A stretch of 36,213 bases of DNA. It comes from an uncultured bacterium. GTDB lineage: Bacteria > Pseudomonadota > Alphaproteobacteria > Rhodospirillales > Rhodospirillaceae. The translations under genes were made by a program, and so were the position numbers. Location: NCBI GenBank assembly GCA_903896775.1, contig CAITZE010000080.1, forward strand, positions 1 to 36,213. Reading direction: 5' to 3'. This document shows, piece by piece, positions 33,800 through 36,213 of the stretch (positions within the stretch are counted from its first letter, which is position 1; each line of letters starts with the position of its first letter). The notes under the pieces were generated by a model, which had not been told where the DNA came from, searched no databases, and saw nothing but the letters and a program-made list of their open reading frames with translations.

Positions 33800-34858
33800 T
33801 CATCGATACTGCGTCGCGACCCAATCGCGGTAAGCGCCGCTGGTGACGTTTTTCACCCAGCTCTGGTTATCGAGATACCAGCGCACGGTGCGCCGGATGC
33901 CGGTCTCAAAAGTCTCGACGGGCTTCCACCCCAATTCGCGATCGATCTTGGTGGCATCGATGGCATAACGGCGATCATGGCCGGGCCGATCAGGCACGAA
34001 TGTGATCTGTTTGCGGTAGGAAAGGCCATCGGTGCGGGGTTTTTCGGCGTCCAGGATATCGCAAAGCGTGTGTACAACGTCGATGTTCGACATTTCGTTC
34101 CACCCGCCGACGTTATAGGTTTCATCGACGTTGCCGCGTTCGAGAACAGCTCGGATTGCGGAACAGTGATCCCCGACATATAGCCAGTCGCGCACGTTCA
34201 AGCCGTCGCCGTAGATCGGCAGCGGTTTGCCGTTCAGCGCGTTATGGATGATCAAAGGAATCAGTTTTTCGGGGAATTGATAAGGTCCGTAATTGTTAGA
34301 GCAATTGGTCGTCATGACCGGCAGGCCGTAGGTGTGGTGATACGCGCGGACCAAATGATCTGAAGCTGCTTTCGAGGCCGAATAGGGACTGTTGGGTTGG
34401 TAGGTGTGATCTTCGGTAAAGGCGGCATCATCGAAGCCCAGCGATCCGTACACTTCGTCAGTCGAAACATGCAGAAGGCGGAAGGCGGATTTTTCGGCAG
34501 CGCTAAGGGTCGCCGTGTGGGCGCGCAAGGCTTCCAGCAGGCGATAGGTGCCGACAATATTGGTTTGGATAAAATCTTCCGGGCTGTGGATCGAACGGTC
34601 GACGTGTGATTCGGCGGCAAAGTTCAACACCGCGCGCGGTTTGTGTTCGGAGAGTGTACGCAAAACCTGATCGTAATCGCCGATGTCGCCTTGCACAAAA
34701 ATATGCGCGGCATTGCCCTTCAGACGCGCGAGGTTTTCCAGGTTGCCGGCATAGGTCAACTTGTCGAAATTCACGACGGGTTCGCTGCTTGCCGCGAGCC
34801 AATCAATCACAAAATTTGCGCCGATAAACCCGGCGCCACCGGTTACCAAAATCGTCAT
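33800..34858 (-). CDS. rfbB: dTDP-glucose 4,6-dehydratase (RmlB)
   Basis: ILVTGGAGFIGANF...FAAESHVDRSI...HVSTDEVYG...PYSASKAASDHLVRAY...CSNNYGPYQFPEKLIP. Confidence 0.95.
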   Translation of the reverse strand: MTILVTGGAGFIGANFVIDWLAASSEPVVNFDKLTYAGNLENLARLKGNAAHIFVQGDIGDYDQVLRTLSEHKPRAVLNFAAESHVDRSIHSPEDFIQTNIVGTYRLLEALRAHTATLSAAEKSAFRLLHVSTDEVYGSLGFDDAAFTEDHTYQPNSPYSASKAASDHLVRAYHHTYGLPVMTTNCSNNYGPYQFPEKLIPLIIHNALNGKPLPIYGDGLNVRDWLYVGDHCSAIRAVLERGNVDETYNVGGWNEMSNIDVVHTLCDILDAEKPRTDGLSYRKQITFVPDRPGHDRRYAIDATKIDRELGWKPVETFETGIRRTVRWYLDNQSWVKNVTSGAYRDWVATQYR

Positions 34859-34862
34859 GAAT

Positions 34863-35834
34863 TTATAGCCTGTTGAAGAGGGCCGCGACGTAGAGCCCGA
34901 TATTATCGATAAAGCCTTGTCTATGCACCCCGGACCGGTTCAGCGCCAAAAGCCGGGAGGAAAGGCCGCCCGCTCGGGCTGCGGAAAAGTCATCAAATAT
35001 GCGGCGATTCTCCGGCGTCAGATGCGCGCGGATACGTTCAAGGGCTTGCATATTTATTGCCCCCCAATTTTTAAACCGACCACCAAAGACCAGCAGTGCG
35101 CGCCAGGCCCGCGCCAGTGCGCCGGCATTGCTGCCGACCACGTTGCCGCGGTGCTGGCGGTAGCGCACACCCGGGTAGGGATCGTAAAACACGCGCCCGC
35201 CGACGCCGGTCACGAGCATATAAGTCCACCAGTCATGACTGACGATCTTCACATCCTTGCTTAAGGTCTGGAGGAGCGCGCGCGCGGCTTGGTTGATGAC
35301 CATGGTGTTGCCGCCGCCGATATTCTGCACCAAGGCGTTGGCAAAGCTCGGTGGCTTGGATGTGAAAAGCGGGGCAAAGCCCAGTTCATGACCGTCCTCG
35401 TCGATAAGGCGTGTGCGCGACATATAAAGTGCCGGAATCTCCTCTGGCACCGTCTCAAGCCAGGTTATGGCGCGCGCGGTCTTATCGTCTTCCCATACGT
35501 CATCCTGGTCGGCATATGCGTAATAGTCGGCGGCAATGTTGGGGCTGCACGCGAGCGACATAAAATTCGCGACAAAGCCGGCGCGCGGACCAGGTAAGAC
35601 GGACAGCAGGGAGTCACCCCACTGCTGTTTGTAGGTCTCCAGGATCGTGGGTGTCGCGTCCTTTGAGCCATCGTCAGACGCCCATACTTTCCAGTTTCCG
35701 TGGCTTTGTCGGGCAATGGAGTTCAATTGCGCGCTCAAAAAGCCTTCACCTTGATATGTGCACAGCAATACCGCTACCAGCGACTGCGTCGCATTCTTAG
35801 TTACTTGCGGTATCGCGCTGGAGGAGGGTGGCAT
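34863..35834 (-). CDS. Family 2 glycosyltransferase (first gene of the operon; rhamnosyltransferase-like)
   Basis: VAVLLCTYQGEGFLSAQLNSI..Q....W.VWASDDGSKD.T...ADQDDVW is a GT-A fold with DDG and DQDD motifs. Confidence 0.85.
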   Translation of the reverse strand: MPPSSSAIPQVTKNATQSLVAVLLCTYQGEGFLSAQLNSIARQSHGNWKVWASDDGSKDATPTILETYKQQWGDSLLSVLPGPRAGFVANFMSLACSPNIAADYYAYADQDDVWEDDKTARAITWLETVPEEIPALYMSRTRLIDEDGHELGFAPLFTSKPPSFANALVQNIGGGNTMVINQAARALLQTLSKDVKIVSHDWWTYMLVTGVGGRVFYDPYPGVRYRQHRGNVVGSNAGALARAWRALLVFGGRFKNWGAINMQALERIRAHLTPENRRIFDDFSAARAGGLSSRLLALNRSGVHRQGFIDNIGLYVAALFNRL

Positions 35835-36213
35835 AGGAACGAAGAGTCACTCTGATGACAGGCCATGAACGGCGGCGCCTTGGATGTAACCTTTCCCGGC
35901 GCGGCTGTGAAGGCAAGCTGGCGATATTGGTGTATCGACGAAGTAACTCCGTGCGGTTCCGAATGGGCCTAGGGCTGCCGGGCAATTCCTTGTTGTTGCA
36001 GGATTTATGAGCCGCTAGACTTGCGCCCTCGCAGCCCGACACCGAACACGGGGATGGTGGGACCAGCCGGGAGCAAGGCGGACACAAAACAGCCCCCGAT
36101 CGGACGTATTCGGAGCGCAATTTAAGTGGATACTTGAAACTCGGCTAAACCAAGGTCTGATGCCGGCACGCGCCGGGATGGCCAGGAAAGCTCAAGGGAA
36201 GGACAGCATATGA

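Noticed and set aside
35797-36120. 107-aa minus-strand ORF upstream of the operon
   Set aside because: It overlaps the GT2 start, has Arg/Pro/Ser-rich low-complexity composition and no Shine-Dalgarno sequence.
36140-36200. Partial resemblance of ...AACCAAGGTCTGATGCCGGCACGCGCCGGGATGG... to the TPP riboswitch 3' half
   Set aside because: The obligatory CTGAGA box and the upstream GGGG(T)GC helix are absent, so the similarity is probably chance.
1-36213. CRISPR arrays, rRNA genes, prophage, toxin-antitoxin or known defence-system genes
   Set aside because: Reading by eye found no regularly spaced direct repeats and no Cas, restriction, phage-structural or toxin-like motifs. The only repeat found is the intragenic protein-level duplication at 24584-25279. 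A repeat finder could still reveal short dispersed repeats that I cannot detect manually.

Overview
This is a 36.2 kb chromosomal window from a moderately GC-rich bacterium. Gene content and order look alphaproteobacterial (zf-CHCC gene upstream of polA, metX-metW, hisC-tyrC), but that is inference because no database search was possible.

Layout from left to right:
- 1-3.9 kb: polA (5' part, minus strand, absent from the ORF track), a small zf-CHCC protein, an ABC ATPase with no permease gene beside it, and a lipoprotein alpha/beta hydrolase.
- 3.9-9.2 kb: tRNA-Arg(CCG), then a patchy segment. It holds a TPR/GT41-type glycosyltransferase whose 3' end overlaps the tRNA, gene remnants, a 5'-truncated pilT, an intact pilU, the C-terminal half of an ABC ATPase, and a prepilin-type protein whose reading frame runs into that ABC remnant.
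- 9.2-15.3 kb: housekeeping genes (methyltransferase, metW, metX, hisC, tyrC, GST, chaC).
- 15.3-18.2 kb: a run of small membrane proteins including a MarC-family protein.
- 18.2-35.8 kb: a large cell-surface glycan locus, the main accessory region.

The glycan locus has two parts:
- A 12-gene, tightly coupled minus-strand operon: GT2, rfbB, rfbD, rfbA, rfbC, wzm, wzt, a dual methyltransferase, GT2, a GT4 with a tandem C-terminal repeat, an epimerase, and a GT-C-like membrane protein.
- A 3-gene plus-strand operon that converges on it: a UPF0104 flippase-like membrane protein, a methyltransferase-GT2 fusion, and a methyltransferase.

The most interesting candidates are:
- An uncharacterised lipid-carrier-dependent periplasmic glycosylation/methylation module (UPF0104, MT-GT2, MT, GT-C).
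- A WbdD-like dual methyltransferase with a coiled-coil tail, paired with a Wzt that carries a C-terminal carbohydrate-binding-type domain.
- A GT4 enzyme with a duplicated 116-aa domain.
- Two mid-gene breakpoints that bracket the pilT'-pilU-'ABC block.

No CRISPR array, transposase, integrase, rRNA or recognisable defence genes were seen. All calls rest on motif recognition and hand translation.
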